Assembly (NCBI GenBank): GCA_030141605.1
Contig: JAQGDQ010000588.1
Coordinates: 62,001 to 126,000, forward strand
From: Tubiluchus corallicola
Taxonomy: Eukaryota > Animalia > Priapulida
Direction of reading: 5' to 3'
DNA length: 64,000 bases
Made by a program: the position numbers and the translations under genes. The notes under the pieces are model-generated. The model did no database searches. It was not told where the DNA came from and worked only from the letters and a program-made list of their open reading frames with translations. Shown in pieces: positions 63,514 through 64,000 of the stretch (the first letter of the stretch is position 1; the number at the start of each line of letters is the position of its first letter).

Positions 63514-64000
63514 CTTCCCAGTCAAAATTTGCCGGAAAATATTTTTCCTAAAAAAACTCATGCTCCTTCACAAGATTTTTTGCAGGTTCTTTATGACAGG
63601 ACCGAATCCGAGTGCATTTTTAAAATAATCTTCTGAGATGAAATACTGAACAAGCAGACGTGTCACAGTGACAATCAGATGCATGTATATCCTCAGCAAA
63701 ATGAGCAAAATAATTCGGCACAGTAGTGAAAGTAACTGTCTAAAGTGAGATTCTTCACCCAAGTCTAGGGTAATCAGTTGCCAAGCTCTACTTTTCTTCA
63801 CCTTGGAAGCGAATCACACGCCGTGATTATTCATTATTGTGTAGAGGCAAAGATCAACATAATTCGTCACCCAGTTGTTCTCACGTTACATATGTACTTT
63901 CTTACCTTAATCATTTCTTGCGGCAATTTTTTATCATATAATCGATATTATAGTTTCATCTAGTTTTGCGCTTTAAAAATGATTTATTACTTTTTTGTGA

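Overview
AT-rich eukaryotic (invertebrate animal-like) genomic DNA with intron-rich genes that the ORF track mostly misses; I reconstructed them by hand from GT-AG sites and reading phase. (1) + strand 866-22734: a 5'-truncated SLP-76/BLNK/CLNK-family adaptor (SAM, acidic YxxP, proline-rich with PxxxRxxKP, C-terminal SH2). It has an apparent internal alternative first exon at 10068-10424 that would replace the SAM domain with a tandem-tyrosine N-terminus. (2) - strand 37811-26470: a two-exon class A GPCR of about 449 aa with melatonin-receptor-like NRY and YFNSC motifs and a ~10 kb transposon-filled intron. (3) - strand 52219-41294: a myosin regulatory light chain (187 aa). It carries two duplicated 102-nt exons separated by only 29 nt, the signature of sterically enforced mutually exclusive splicing, plus a candidate 11-nt microexon. 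(4) An intronless glycogenin pseudogene at ~58900-59510. (5) - strand, the 3' exons of a pentraxin-domain gene at 61845-59943. The rest is decayed LINEs, a Helentron/HINE-like element, MITEs, and mini- and microsatellites. I found no rRNA, no convincing tRNA and no CRISPR array. The best leads are the two isoform-switch architectures: the RLC mutually exclusive exons and the SAM-less SLP-76-like isoform. All exon models are predictions without transcript evidence.
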